Positions 37,038 through 49,747 of a stretch of DNA of 64,000 nucleotides are shown piece after piece. Position 1 is the first letter of the stretch. Each line of letters begins with the position of its first letter. The notes under the pieces are model-generated. The model had not been told where the DNA came from. It did not search any database and worked only from the letters and a program-made list of their open reading frames with translations. The DNA lies in assembly GCF_964355755.1 (NCBI RefSeq), contig NC_092676.1:18742871-18806870 (forward strand), given 5' to 3'. The translations under genes were made by a program, and so were the position numbers. This stretch comes from Antedon mediterranea. Its lineage: Eukaryota > Animalia > Echinodermata.

Positions 37038-37669
37038 CTGTAAGGGGCGGGTTTTCCGCTGATGAATGAGATTATGAAATAAATAAATAATAGGCTTCCG
37101 GTTGACAATTTTTGTTTTTTATTTACAGTTTTAGGCCTATCAGGTAAATAATTGCTTTTGATCCAATTGTTTTTTTAGGGGACAATATATTTAATCTGAA
37201 ATAAAACTAGAATATATTATTTACTTGTTTAGTATTTAGGACAATTTATTTTTAGTCTGCAGTTTATTAATATTTAATTTACGCCATTGCTATACCAACA
37301 TGATAATGATATAAACAAATATCACTGCGTATTGTTACTGTATGCTTGTTCAAGTATATTCACATTAACAATATTGGCATCAGTGTGCGTTACATCCTTC
37401 ATAATTGTCTTAGTGAATTTTAAAAGCTCGTTGCTAAGATGATCATATTATAAGATCCTGGTTGTGTAAAGTAAATACAAATCTACCCATGATTGACTTT
37501 GTGAAATTATTAAATATGAGATAAAGATGAAGACGAATGCAAATAATGCTGACCTCATTGACCTTTGTGCTTCGAATGACGTAGATTTGCAATAAATTTG
37601 ACAAAAAAATCTATCGTATTTTTATTTCATTTTATGTCTTTAGGCAATGTGGCCAAGGATTACCAAGAG

Positions 37670-37890
37670 TGAATTAATCACTGTCCTATCAGATAGGTGG
37701 TAATCCCCCTGATACAAGGGCTATTGTGTGAACCAGTTCACCGGGGTATAGTACACACAGGTTATAACTGGTTATAGTCCTTATCCGAGAAGACTTGTTC
37801 CACCACCAGAACAAGGAGCGAGTCGGCCTCGAACCCTTGCCGATGTTGTTGTTGGCTCTTTAGGTACGGTAACCGCTCGGCCATATGATT
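37670..37890 (-). mobile_element. tRNA-derived SINE with Meta-domain-like central motif
   Basis: Minus strand: A box TGGCCGAGCGG, B box GGTTCGAGGCC, then AGTCTTCTCGGATAAGGAC resembling the recalled MetaSINE core. Confidence 0.65.
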
Positions 37891-39977
37891 CACTCTAAAA
37901 TAAATTTGTAACGCTATAGTTGTATAAAAGAACACTACGATATAATTGTATATTAACTATGCTGTATGATTATATAACAGAAAACTACGGTAGTTAGCAC
38001 AGTGTTGTTATATAACCATGTTATGTCAACCCTTTTAAAATGTCACTTGTAGACCCTTAGAAGTAAAATTGAGTTACACAAAGAATCATAAAAATTATCT
38101 ACGTAGTGGTTTTGTCAATATAAGCTGTCAATAAACCTGTGAGATTCCATCGATTTCATTATAGCTTTATTTTTACTCACACTAATTACCTATATTTGAC
38201 AAACCTTAGAGCAATAGATTACATTAGGTTATGTTCGCAACAAACAGTTAATGCACAAACTCAATACAACGGAACGAACGAACGTAATTACGGTCATTAA
38301 TACGCTAATTAGATAACCCTAATATCCATTAATCAAATATTTGTATAGCGCTGAATTCGATTTAGAATCCAATTCGTTCCATTTACAATTATGTTATGCG
38401 TTTCCAAAATACTAGCACAAAGAGCCATAATGTATTTACATTTTAAAACCGCTTGCTTGCTTGCTGAATTCAATTGTTTCGTTGGTAGGCCTACATCCCT
38501 AGGTAAATTGTCTGTGAAATTTTAGTAGAGCTTAGTGATTGCCTTCAAATTCCAAGGTTTATGCTACCCACTTGGACGCAACGCAACGACGTGAAAAATC
38601 ACGACACGGTGGATCACCAGAACTGCCGCTTGGCACTGGTTATCTCCCACTTCGTTGCGCGACGTTGCAAGTTTAATATGCACGGAATCTAGAAAACACT
38701 TATTTTCCTATAGGCCTATCACTATATTTTATTAATATTAGACAAAAAAATCCAAATTTACTCTCATCATTGATTACGCACAATTTGCGTGCGCTTTCAA
38801 TTTTTGTGTGTGATTGAATCACATTATATACGCACTTGTTGCGTTTGTGGTGTCATACGTGGTAACTTAATCAACTATATTTTAATGAACATCTTAGCTA
38901 AATTCCTTCTCTTGTGGTTGACTTATTCGGAAGAAAAACACAATAGCTAGATTAAGAGCGGATGGGATGGGAAGTTGTTGGGATTCATTACAATATATAA
39001 TTACATGTATAAAAGCAGATAAAAGTACTGTATGTGTGGAAGATACCTTATCTACTATAGTCATGTCTGTTATCCTTAACCCGGTGGTAATTCATTTATA
39101 GGTACTTTTGTGGTTGAAAATACAGTTAGTGCAATATAAGTTCAATATCCACCACATGCGAGCTATACGGACCATGAATCCTGCTCATGGAAGGACCATT
39201 AACACTAATCCTAACACTAATCCTAACGCTAATCCCAACCCTAACCATGGCGGTATAAAATAAGCCGAAACCCAGAGTACTCTTTAACACTGCTCCTGTC
39301 CACTATTTTAATAACGCAAGTAAAGTATTCTGTCAAAAAATGTTAAATCATTAAAATATTAATTGTGTACGACCTTTTATCACCGTATGCAAGTTCATCA
39401 TAAGTTAGGACTTTAATTGTAAAGGTACTTTTTCTTGCGTGGGCTATTGATCAGGCGAATACGATTTTCCCAAGTTAAAAAAAAAAACGTATACGGACGT
39501 TGTTCTATTTTAATAGTTTCCATTTACCGTACTTTGGACAGAAGCCAGAACGTGTGGTCTAGGAAGTTGTTGAGAATGCTTTTATTAAACCCGGTATATT
39601 TCGCGTGTCCTTATTAACATGTTTCTCCATCCATAAACAGGCATAACAGGGTGATTGTAGTTTTCAATTCAATTAGATTATCATTATTATGCAACAATAA
39701 TAATTATCATGTATCGCGTTAATGCTTGATAACAAAGACTAAAGTTTACAGAATACAGAAAATGTATTGGTCTCGCATAAAAAAAAAACATCATACAAAA
39801 AATGATTTCGTTGTTGGCAGCTCATAAATTGTACACTGTATCAAAGAACTTATAACACAAGAATCTCCTGTTCTTCAATTTGCATTCAAAACACAGTATC
39901 GGAAGTACAGGGTTAAAAGGTCAAACTGGGCGACGCCATTTCACAGCATGGAGCAGCGCCCCCTCCAAACTAGGAAG

Positions 39978-40144
39978 TCAATTACTCTACCCCCTTAGAG
40001 TATTAGCAGATCCCCTCTATGATTTTGACTTTCTAATTTGATGCGGGCGCCCTACTCCTCAGTCATTTACTCTATCCCCCCTAGAGCATTAGAAAATCCC
40101 CTCTATGATTTTGACTTTCTAATTTGATGCGGGCGCCCTACTCC
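39978..40144. repeat. Two-copy ~84-bp tandem duplication
   Basis: ATCCCCTCTATGATTTTGACTTTCTAATTTGATGCGGGCGCCCTACTCC occurs twice. Confidence 0.85.
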
Positions 40145-41770
40145 ATGGCTTACAATGGCGCCACCCATAGCTCTATTCTATCCCACAATGCCTTTCGAAA
40201 TTGTTACGCGCTTCGGACGAACAGGAGATTCCTGTGTTATAAGTTCTTTGACTGTATGCAATTAAAATATATTGATAATATAATATATACAAGAAATTAT
40301 CTATCAATTTTAAAAAACCGATTCAATTCCGCCTGGCCATTACACTATAGATTTATAATACATTTGGTACAAAGGAGTAGGCTACTATACCGATCATGTT
40401 TAGAAACACAGAGCTTAAAGCCCTGCACGCACTCCATACAGTACAGTAAACAAATACTGTAGTACAATTGAACGTTAGATGCAATAAAATAAAACAATGC
40501 ATATATATTATAATATTATCATTATATTAAATAGAAATTTATATTTTAATCAATATGAAATCATACAGTAAGTGTGCTATGAACAATAATATCACAACTT
40601 CTTCAGCCCAGTACCATGTATTGATGAAATCAAAACCATATCATCTTTAATATTAGAAAATTATATAATATGATAAAGTAATTAGTAAACCCATTCTTAT
40701 GCATTTGATTCTAGAAAGTAATTCGTAAACCCATTCTTCTTTTATAAATCAAAAATAAAAATTAAATTGTTTGCTTCGTTTAAATGTAGTATTTTATTGG
40801 AAAACTTCTATAAAATGATAATTTTGAGCTGATTTACATTTATTAATGAATTTTATGTTTAAATGGTTTTTTTTTGCTTTTATAAGCATCTTCTTCAAGA
40901 ATTTTCCCCTTTTCTTTGTTTAAATCAATTTTGCAATTATAAATGTTAATTTTGTCGTTTATTTATCTACTTTATTTACAAAGAAAATAAAAAAGTTGTC
41001 ATTGTCATTGTCATTGTCAATATTACCATAACTTATTTCTCCATGATATTATACGGAAATCATAACAGTAATTTTCAGGCTCGTTATCTCCACATTTCAA
41101 TTCAAAATAATCATAATTCCTCATCGTCGCCACTATCATTCTCAAATTATACTTATTATATTATTATTATAAAAATATCATTCACAACAAGAAAGCCACT
41201 ATGAGAGTGCATACCTCCGCCTACATAAGATTTCTCCGGGAAATGATGTGTGTAGTTTAGGCTAATTTCACTACAAGCACGTGTATGCGAATTTGGTGTA
41301 ATGGTTATGTACCCAGTAGTACAGGAAAACTATGAAAATATGGTTGAAAAAATTGCAACAGAATTTATTTCACCACAATGCATTTCTATAAGGTCTCTAT
41401 ATGAACATATTAAAAGTCTAGAAAAATCCAGGTAGGGGAAATAGGTTTTTTAAAACAAAATGGCTGCCAATGGCGAAAATGCCTAAAAAAGGCCAAAAAA
41501 ACAAAAGATAGATCTAATTACCACTTTATAACAGTTTTTACAATGGTTTATATATTTCTTTACAGTTCTGAAGATCTGAACTACAATATACACATTATTT
41601 TAAATGCTGTTAATTAGAAAATGGCCGAAAGACAAATGTTTAGGTATCTAGATATATCCCTATTGTTATAATATAAAACGCAGTCCTTCTTATGCTTAAT
41701 GCATAGGATTACGGTGTCTAATAATAAATCAGTTCATTTACATTTGTACTGTTATAACAATATATTACAA

Positions 41771-42108
41771 CATTGGTGGTGCCAGTGGGGAGGGGTATAG
41801 GGATGGGAGATCATATGGGAAGGGTGAGGGGAGTCTGTCCGGCCCCCTATCCCCTCTCCACAATTGGCTATTTTCGGGAGTGTCTGTAGACAATATGATG
41901 ATATTTCCTAATATAAAACAATACCCCATTGAGTGCTGTTTCAAGGATTTTCATTTTTAAAAGTGACTAAAACTACCGTTTACCGGATTAAGCTTAACTT
42001 CTGGGTGCGGTCCCATTGATGGCCCAGCAAATTGATGCGCTCTCCACCCTACCCCCCACCACACCCCCCCCCCCCCACCTCATCGGGAAAATCCTTGCGC
42101 CATCACTG
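41771..42108. mobile_element. Small hAT-like MITE in the left Academ arm
   Basis: Ends CATTGGTGGTGC and GCGCCATCACTG; degenerate 8-bp TSD TATTACAA/GACTACAA. Confidence 0.45.
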
Positions 42109-42123
42109 GACTACAATCTAGTA

Positions 42124-45100
42124 CCGTATTTATTCGGATAAACGCTAAATTTAGAAAAATCGAATAAACACCCCCTCCCTCCCCCCCCCCCATAGGACAT
42201 CATTTGGAATAACCTACGCCACTGCACCCCTGTTGAACCCACAAATGTAAAAACGCCCACAAATGTGAAAACAACCACAAATGTGAAAACGCATCACCCA
42301 CAAATGTGAAAACAACCACAAATGTGAAAACGCATCACCCACAAATGTGAAAACAACCACAAATGTGAAAACGCATCAACCACAAATGTAATAAACAGCG
42401 CCCACAAATGTGAAAACGATCATCGCCCACAAATGTGATAACGCCCACAAATGTAAAAAAAAATGAGAATTTTTCGGCCACAAATGTAAAAAAAAAAATC
42501 AGATCAAATTTAATGCTAGATTCAGACAAACATTATATCATGATTGTATTGAGTTGTTTGTTCACGATACGTCTGTTAGGGTCGTCGTTAACACGTTGGA
42601 TTATTATAATTTGCTGCTCATGCGCGCGATATTTGCACGTTAACTCGTTTGTTTAATGAACGTAATAGTTCAAGACAATATTTGTTATTTGCTGCGCAAG
42701 GTCAAGGCCATGTTATATCATTGTTGCTTCTAGTGTGCGGTTGTTGGCTTACTATTATTTATGTACGTATAGTTTATAAGTCGATGTTCGATGTTTTTTT
42801 GCGCGTGCACACGATACTAAAAGGTCAAGGTTAAATTGCTACTTGTATGTAGTTATGTGGTTATTAACTCGTTGGCTTACTGTTATGTACGTATAGTTCA
42901 AGTCGATGTTCGATTCGATGTTTTTTGTGCGCGTGCACGATACTACAAAGGTCATGACTTGTATACCATTGCTACTTGTGGTGTGTGGTTGTTAACTCGT
43001 TGGCTTACTGATATGTACGTATAGTTTCAAGTCGAAGTTCGATGTTTTGCGCGCGTGCACAATACTACAAGGTCAAGGTTATACAGTGTCGGTGGATGAT
43101 GTATAACGAGAGTTCTGTGAAATTAGACATTTTGTTGGTAGACAATAATGACAATGTTGTAGTTTGTGTTTTTTTTTATTATATTGTGTGCAGTATTAAA
43201 TTTAAAAGAAGAAGAAGCTGTAAAATCCACAAATTATTATTATTATTTCTATTGTCTATAATCTAATGTCTGTACACACACAGTAGGGATTCCCCAGCAA
43301 GATGTCTAAGGCAAGACATCCCGACATTTCCACCCCTTGATGTTTTATGCTTGAAATAGAAATTGACACCATTATCAATTCAATGCTTTTATGTGTTTAA
43401 TTAATTTATATCAGAACTACCTTTTAATTACACATAAACATAAAGATTTAAATAAATTATTTAACAAAATTAAAGATATACTGTATGTGGTGTGTATATA
43501 TAAATAACAAGGCACATAATAAATTCCAATTTATTTTAATGTATTTAGGTGACTAATTGGGTCGAGCTCTGGTCTTGCTTGGTCTTCCTTTCGTTCACTT
43601 TTACCTTTGTTATAAAAAATACATAGACAAACTAAGGTATTTATATCAATTGTGTATGTATTTTTGTGGTTTAACATAAAGTAATAATTTTCCAGTTGAT
43701 AAATAAATCTGTTTACGGCGGCGTTTTTTGTAAGAAATAGTTCTTGTTTAAACCTAAATCTAAACCTAAACTTCTGTAAAATTATGGTGTTTAATAATAT
43801 AAATTAACATCAATTTTAAAACTGTAGTGATTACCGACGAAACTGTAAACACGAAACTGTGTTGGAAGTTTACAGAAAGGTGAGGATGTGATTGCAAAAA
43901 AAATACATATTATTAAACTATATCGGATAGGAATAAACAGAAATTAAGGTACAGTAGCTACTATTTGTGTGTAAATCCGCCTATTGCTCAATATATTTGT
44001 GTTGAAAAAAATATTTAAAAGTACAAATCTATCATTATCATAAATTAGTATTATTTTGCTTAATTGTATATTCTTCATCATTTTAAGAAATGGAAAATTT
44101 TTAATATTTATTATCTACATAACTTGCAAGTTATATCTATTATTTATAAATATGGGACTAATATTATTACCAATCTCCGTGTCAAATATTGAGATAGTTA
44201 AGTTGGAGCAGGTGTGTATAGCCTTTCAACATCGCGCTTAAAGTTAAATTTTAATGCATTCAATAGGTAATATTATTCTCCGTATATCTTTATAATTATC
44301 CGCTAAAAATAGATTTACAGATTAAACAATAAGCATCAGATTAAATCACGAATGTAAATAGTAGTATAGTAGGAAGTTTTGTCCATTAGTATAATTGTTA
44401 TAGATTTCATAGTATGTTTTATAGAATACATGTTCGTGACAAGTTTGATACTATCGTATCGTGTATTATGTTTGGTTGGATATTGGTGTTACGGTATTAT
44501 TCTATGTTACAATTTGTTTATCGCTCTAAAATAAAGAAATATTCTTGTATTAGTTGTTCTTGCTCTAGCTGTTGTATTATTATCTTGTGGTTACAGTTTT
44601 GTAAAAAAATTGAACATTAGGAACTACTGCAATAACTGAACGACGAGTATAGCATTGATCTTGTAGTATCGTGTACACCGAGCATCGACTTGGAGCTATA
44701 ATACGTACATAATACTAATATAGTAAGCCCAACTGCACTTCAAGCAGCAATGATATATGACCTTGTAGTATCGTGCACGCGCACAAAAAACATCGAATCA
44801 ACCATCGACTTGGAACTATACGTACATAACAATAAGCCAACGAGTTAACAACCACAAGTAGCAATAGATATGACCTTGACCTTGAGGTATCGTGTACGCG
44901 CCCAAAAACATCGAATCGAGCATCGACTTGGAACTATACGTACATAACAGTAAGCCAACGAGTTAATAACCACACACTACATACAAGTAGCAATTTAACC
45001 TTGACCTTGTTGTATCGTGTGCGCGCGCAAAAAAAATAACAAACATCGACTTATAACTATACGTACATAATAGTAAGCCAACAACCACACACTAGAAGCA

Positions 45101-45886
45101 ACAATGATATAACATGGTCCTGACCTTGAAGTATGGTGCACGCGCGCAGCAAATAACAAATATTGTCTTGAACTATTACGTTCATTAAACAAACGAGTTA
45201 ACGTGCAAATATCACGCGCACGAGCAGCAAATGATAATAATCCAACGTGTTAACGACGACCCTAACAGACGTATCGTGAACAAACAACTCAATACAATCA
45301 TGATATTGTCTGAATCTAGCATTAAATTTGATCTGATTTTTTTTACATTTGTGGGCGAAAAAGTCTCTCTTTTTTTTACATTTGTGGGCGTTATCACATT
45401 TGTGGGCGATGATCGTTTTCACATTTGTGGGCGCTGTTTTGACATTTGTGGTTGATGCGTTTTCACATTTGTGGTTGTTTTCACATTTGTGGGTGATGCG
45501 TTTTCACATTTGTGGTTGTTTTCACATTTGTGGGTGATGCGTTTTCACATTTGTGGTTGTTTTCACATTTGTGGGCATTTTCACATTTTCAACAACCCCC
45601 TCCCCGCCCCCATCGGACATAATTTTGAATTTATTTCTTCGAAATGCATATTATACACAATATTGTATTTTAACACATTTCTATTTGTAATAGAATTCAC
45701 TGAATGACATGATGGTGTTGTATTTGTTCATATCTAAAGGGTGTATTTATTTGATTATACATGTTACCACATTACACCCACAAAAATAAACGCCTCTCCA
45801 AATAAACTCCTCACGACGATTACACGCCCCAACTACCCTCCTTAAAAAAATCAACCACCAAGGGCATTTATTCAAAATAAATGCGG
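42124..45886. mobile_element. Tc1/mariner (pogo-like) MITE split by a nested element
   Basis: TA-CCGTATTTATTCGGATAAACGC ... GCATTTATTCAAAATAAATGCGG-TA. Confidence 0.7.
42231..45594. mobile_element. Foldback-type non-autonomous DNA transposon with TGT..ACA ends (Ginger-like)
   Basis: TGTTGAA...TTCAACA termini; 5-bp TSD ACCCC (42226-30 and 45595-99); ~850-940-bp inverted arms with CACAAATGTGAAAAC tandem repeats; non-coding spacer. Confidence 0.8.
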
Positions 45887-45899
45887 TAATTTCACTTTC

Positions 45900-46790
45900 A
45901 TCTTGTCAGTATCTCATCCTCCATCTATTGGTGGGGAATTGAGCATGTGCTGATGCCGTGGCATTCTTCAAAAATAGTGGAGCAGCAGTCCAAACCATAT
46001 TTTCTGCAACTGCAATTCATTTTACTACAACCTTATTTACAGGTTCATCTAATCAACTTTAATAGTTTCTCTGGTGCTGGTAGTAAATTTGGCATCAATA
46101 CTTTCAATCCCTCGTGATAGTCTGTGGGTTGAAGAGTATTTCCTATCCACTGCTATACCTGGTAATAAAGACTCACGAAATGAAATTTTGCAGCAAGGGA
46201 ATAGATTTGCTTTTTGCAACTTTCTCAAAGAAAAGTAGGCTGTCTAAAGTCTCCATTGACTTCCCTCCATATATACGGTAGCTACCAATGCCAAATTCCT
46301 GATGCAATGTTTTCTTTTTTTTTGGTTTGGTTTACAGAATTTGACATACAACTCCAACTGTGATGTGATGATTTTTAAGACCAACACCTTTTCCTAAACC
46401 AAATTTACTTACAGCCCATAATTATACCCATTAAACACAAGAGTTTACTTTGCCTTCACATAACGTAACAAACATACATACATGGTACATAATAAATGTC
46501 TTGAAATGTTGCTGTTTCGGGCCAAGCGGTTTGATGTAGCAGTGCTCCCCCATTGATAACATACAGTGGGCAGTGAGATGAAGGTTTCTGAGTAGTCTAG
46601 CAGTGTGTATGGAGTCAATGGAGTAAAAGAGGGCTGCAGGAAAAGTACAAGGTTCTTTTTCAACAAATGATGCATTGTGTATGACTGTCTTACATAGCCA
46701 TCAATGATGAAATAGTATATGTGAGGGAATGTGCACTGCTTCTCTATTGATGAATATGGTTGATTTTGACCCATGTGTAATAATATGTTC
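45900..46790 (-). pseudogene. Academ transposase remnant (XPG-like part plus Cys-rich finger), disrupted
   Basis: Minus-strand fragments YVINGGAL, FGLGKGVGLK, YYQV*QWIGNTLQPTD, LLPAPEKLLKLIR*TCK*GCSKMNCSCRKYGLDCCS..ECHG. Confidence 0.7.
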
Positions 46791-46844
46791 TTTCCTCTTG
46801 AATTAATATTCTGTCACGTCACGGTTGCTTCATTCATTGATTTA

Positions 46845-47405
46845 ATACCGTATGTTCTCGATGGAGGAGCACTGTGAATGCATGTAAAATCTTTCCTTGT
46901 TGTGAAACTCTGTAAAATTAATTTGCTTTTTATACATGGAATTCAGGGATGTGATACTACATCCCATCTATTTGGTATAGGAAAAGGTGTTAGTCTTAAA
47001 AAGTCATAACACCTGGGCAGTAGTATGCTTACAAACTCTGTAAAACCAAACGTCTCCAAAAAAAAGAAACCATCGCATCAGAGGAATTGGCATTGGTAGC
47101 TATATACTGTATGGAGGAGGAATGCGTTCTGGGAGAAAGTAGCAACAAGCAAAACAGCACTTGAAATAAAGTCTATTCCCCAACAACAAATGCTGCAAAA
47201 TGTCATTCCCTGCGTGTATATTACCATGGTACAGCAGTGGATAGAAAATACTCTTCAACCCACAGACTGGGGGATGGAAAGTTACAAATGGCGTGATGTG
47301 TCCATTGACGACAAATTTACCACCAGTACCACTGTTTGTGACGAATACCACGGCATCAGCACATGCTTAATTCTTACCTATAGACAGAGGATGATAACTG
47401 GACAA
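46845..47405 (+). pseudogene. Academ transposase remnant (XPG/FEN1-like H3TH region), disrupted
   Basis: YVLDGGAL; LLFIHGIQGCDTTSHLFGIGKG (from 46923); PTTNAAKCHSLRVYY..QQWIENTLQPTDWGW..PLTTNLPP across frameshifts. Confidence 0.75.
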
Positions 47406-49154
47406 TGAAAATGAATGGATTAATAGATTGTAAGATTGTATAATTCTATTGTTGTGACAGTTCAAATGTAAATGAACTATTTTATTAGACACCGTAATCC
47501 TGCATTATAATGCATAGGACTACGTTGTCTATTATTATAACAGTGGTGATATCTTGATATAATGAGTGTTTTTGCTGCTAAATCGCACTTAAATTAATAT
47601 GTAAATTGCAGTTTAAATGTTTGACACTAAAGAAATATAAAAGCATTATAAAAACTGCTATCAAGTGGTAATTAGATATAGGCCTACAATATATGTTTTT
47701 TTTTGGCGGCCATTTTGTTTTAAAAAAAACCTATTTCCCCTACCTGGATTTTTCTAGACTTTTAGTATGTTCATATAGGGACCTTATAGAAATGCATTGT
47801 GGTGAAAACAATGCTGTTGCAATTTTTTCAACCTTTTACTGATTCTGAGCATATCTTTCCTGTACTACAGCTTTCGAATAACAATAGTACCAGTTGACTA
47901 ACAATAGAACAGCAATGCAAGAAACAAATGGGTGAATTAGGTTTAATAATTCATGTTTAAACTACTCGTAGTAAGAAACCTGTAAATTAAATAAAATTAT
48001 GTTTTGAAAATTACAAATCACAATTTATAACTCTTGTCTCCTGTACAAAAATGATGTTTTTTTTTCTCGAATTACTTCTCGAGAAAATGCAATTTCAGTA
48101 CACTTGTTACTTTAAGACTGCTCGCCGGCTTTTGAAAATTGTCTCTTATATTTTAACACTAGCCGGTCTGAAAATGATATCATTTTTGTTATAAATAATA
48201 AATAATAATAATAATAACAATAATTCTTGATTTTCAATAGGCATGGTCTGAAAGTATATAGCCTACCTATCTAGATCAAAAAATTCAGAATGATAACTTG
48301 AAAACGCTATTGTGCTAACAAACATACATACAAACATACATACAAACAAAGTAAATACTGTGCCAAGTAACACACAGACAGACAGACAGACAGACAAACG
48401 CGATCGGTTACATATACAGTACCTCCTTGGCGGAGGTAAACGATCGATTACGTATAGCCTACCTCCTTGGCGGAGGTAAAAAATTGCAAAAGATAAACGG
48501 ATATTAATTTAGAAAGAAAAAATGGATTTTATTTCAAGAGATACATCTAGTAAAACTAATTTAATTTCAACTTGCTAATGACTGTATTATGTAAAATAAT
48601 GATAGAATGTAAAAATTAATTAAATGATCAATACAGTCTATATACCAAATATTATGTTTTACCTAAACAAAGATTGAAAACTATAGTGTAATAAAGGCGT
48701 GTTACTCCGATGAATTTCATAACTTTCGTTTTTGCTCGTTATAAAAGACTTTATATACAATATATTAATTTTATTAATAATAATTTGTTCAGAAAGAAAG
48801 ATTATTCGGCTCTAATGAGAATTCACTGAATAAAGTTCCAATTCGTTGAGTACGTTATCAATTATTTTGAATAAATTACAATCCAATCATAATATACCTT
48901 ATTTTGACACTGATGCTAATGAAAAAGACCAGCTTTCATTATTCACCCACTTTGTCGACAATGACCTTAATATTATTTATAAATATTGACCTATTGTGTA
49001 TATTCAATGCGCAAAGGATATTAATTTCTATTTTTTCCCTTTACGTTATTAAAGTCTTCTCTTAAACATCTCAATTAAATTAACATAACATAAATCCAAA
49101 GAGTTGGTAGATAATAACTCCGTGATACAATCCCTATAGCTTCATAGAATTAAT

Positions 49155-49281
49155 AACAAGGCCATATAGATGGCTGCAGTCGCGTGATTAAGTTAGTGTT
49201 TACCCACCGACCGACCAACTGACCAACCGACCGACCGACCGACATAGTGAGCTGTAGAGTCGCGTTGCACACGACTAAAAA
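49155..49281 (-). mobile_element. Second copy of the short HINE family (compare 35446)
   Basis: Reverse-complement match: AACAAGGCC...AGTCGCGTG...(CCGA)n...AGAGTCGCGTTGCACACGACTAAAAA. Confidence 0.75.
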
Positions 49282-49604
49282 CTAAGACTAAACTAAACAT
49301 TTTAGAGAAATGGGTTATTTCTATATTGTCTATAACCTAAATACATAATATAAAACTTATCATAATACCACTTCTCCAAACCCACACCCACACATTCAAT
49401 CAACAAAAACAAATACGTTGAAGGTCAATATCGAATATTAATAACCCAAAAGAAAGTGAAAAACAATGATACACATAATTAAAACTGAGATAAATGGTAA
49501 AACACAAACAAATTATAAGGAAAATTAGACAGCCAGTTAGAAATGTTTAAGATAATAGAAAGTAGAAATATTTGAGAAAGATATTGACCGTAGTCACTTC
49601 ACTA

Positions 49605-49747
49605 AGCTCTGTCTACACTATCAAACTAAGTTTGACAAAAAAAAGGTGTAATATGCCCAACTATGATAGTGATTATGACATCATCATGTCCATATATGGG
49701 CACATCACATTTGTTTGTCACATAAGTTTGATAGTGTAGACAGAACT
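49605..49747. mobile_element. PIF/Harbinger-like MITE (143 bp)
   Basis: TIR AGCTCTGTCTACACTATCAAACT / AGTTTGATAGTGTAGACAGAACT; flanks CTA and TTA; decayed copy near 35370-35595. Confidence 0.7.

Larger units (their letters stand above)
41317..47867. mobile_element. Academ DNA transposon relic in palindromic configuration
   Basis: Termini TAGTACAGGAAA and TTTCCTGTACTA; 3-bp TSD CAG (41314-16 and 47868-70); ~450-bp inverted arms; XPG-like and Cys-rich transposase remnants inside. Confidence 0.8.
41186..48480 (-). mobile_element. Helentron-type non-autonomous element (HINE), expanded to 7.3 kb by nested insertions
   Basis: Minus-strand 5' end TTTTACCTCCGCCAAGGAGGT (duplicated, 48421-48480) with (GTCT)n/(GTAT)n microsatellites; 3' end GGCGGAGGTATGCACTCTCATAGTGGCTTTCTTGTT (41186-41221). 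Confidence 0.75.

Noticed and set aside
39198-39247. Telomere-like CTAACC repeats
   Set aside because: Short and degenerate; such tracts are common inside MITEs.
42335-45707. Paired ORFs on opposite strands (MITPTNVKK.., MFNERNSS..)
   Set aside because: They reflect the inverted arms of the foldback element; no recognisable protein.
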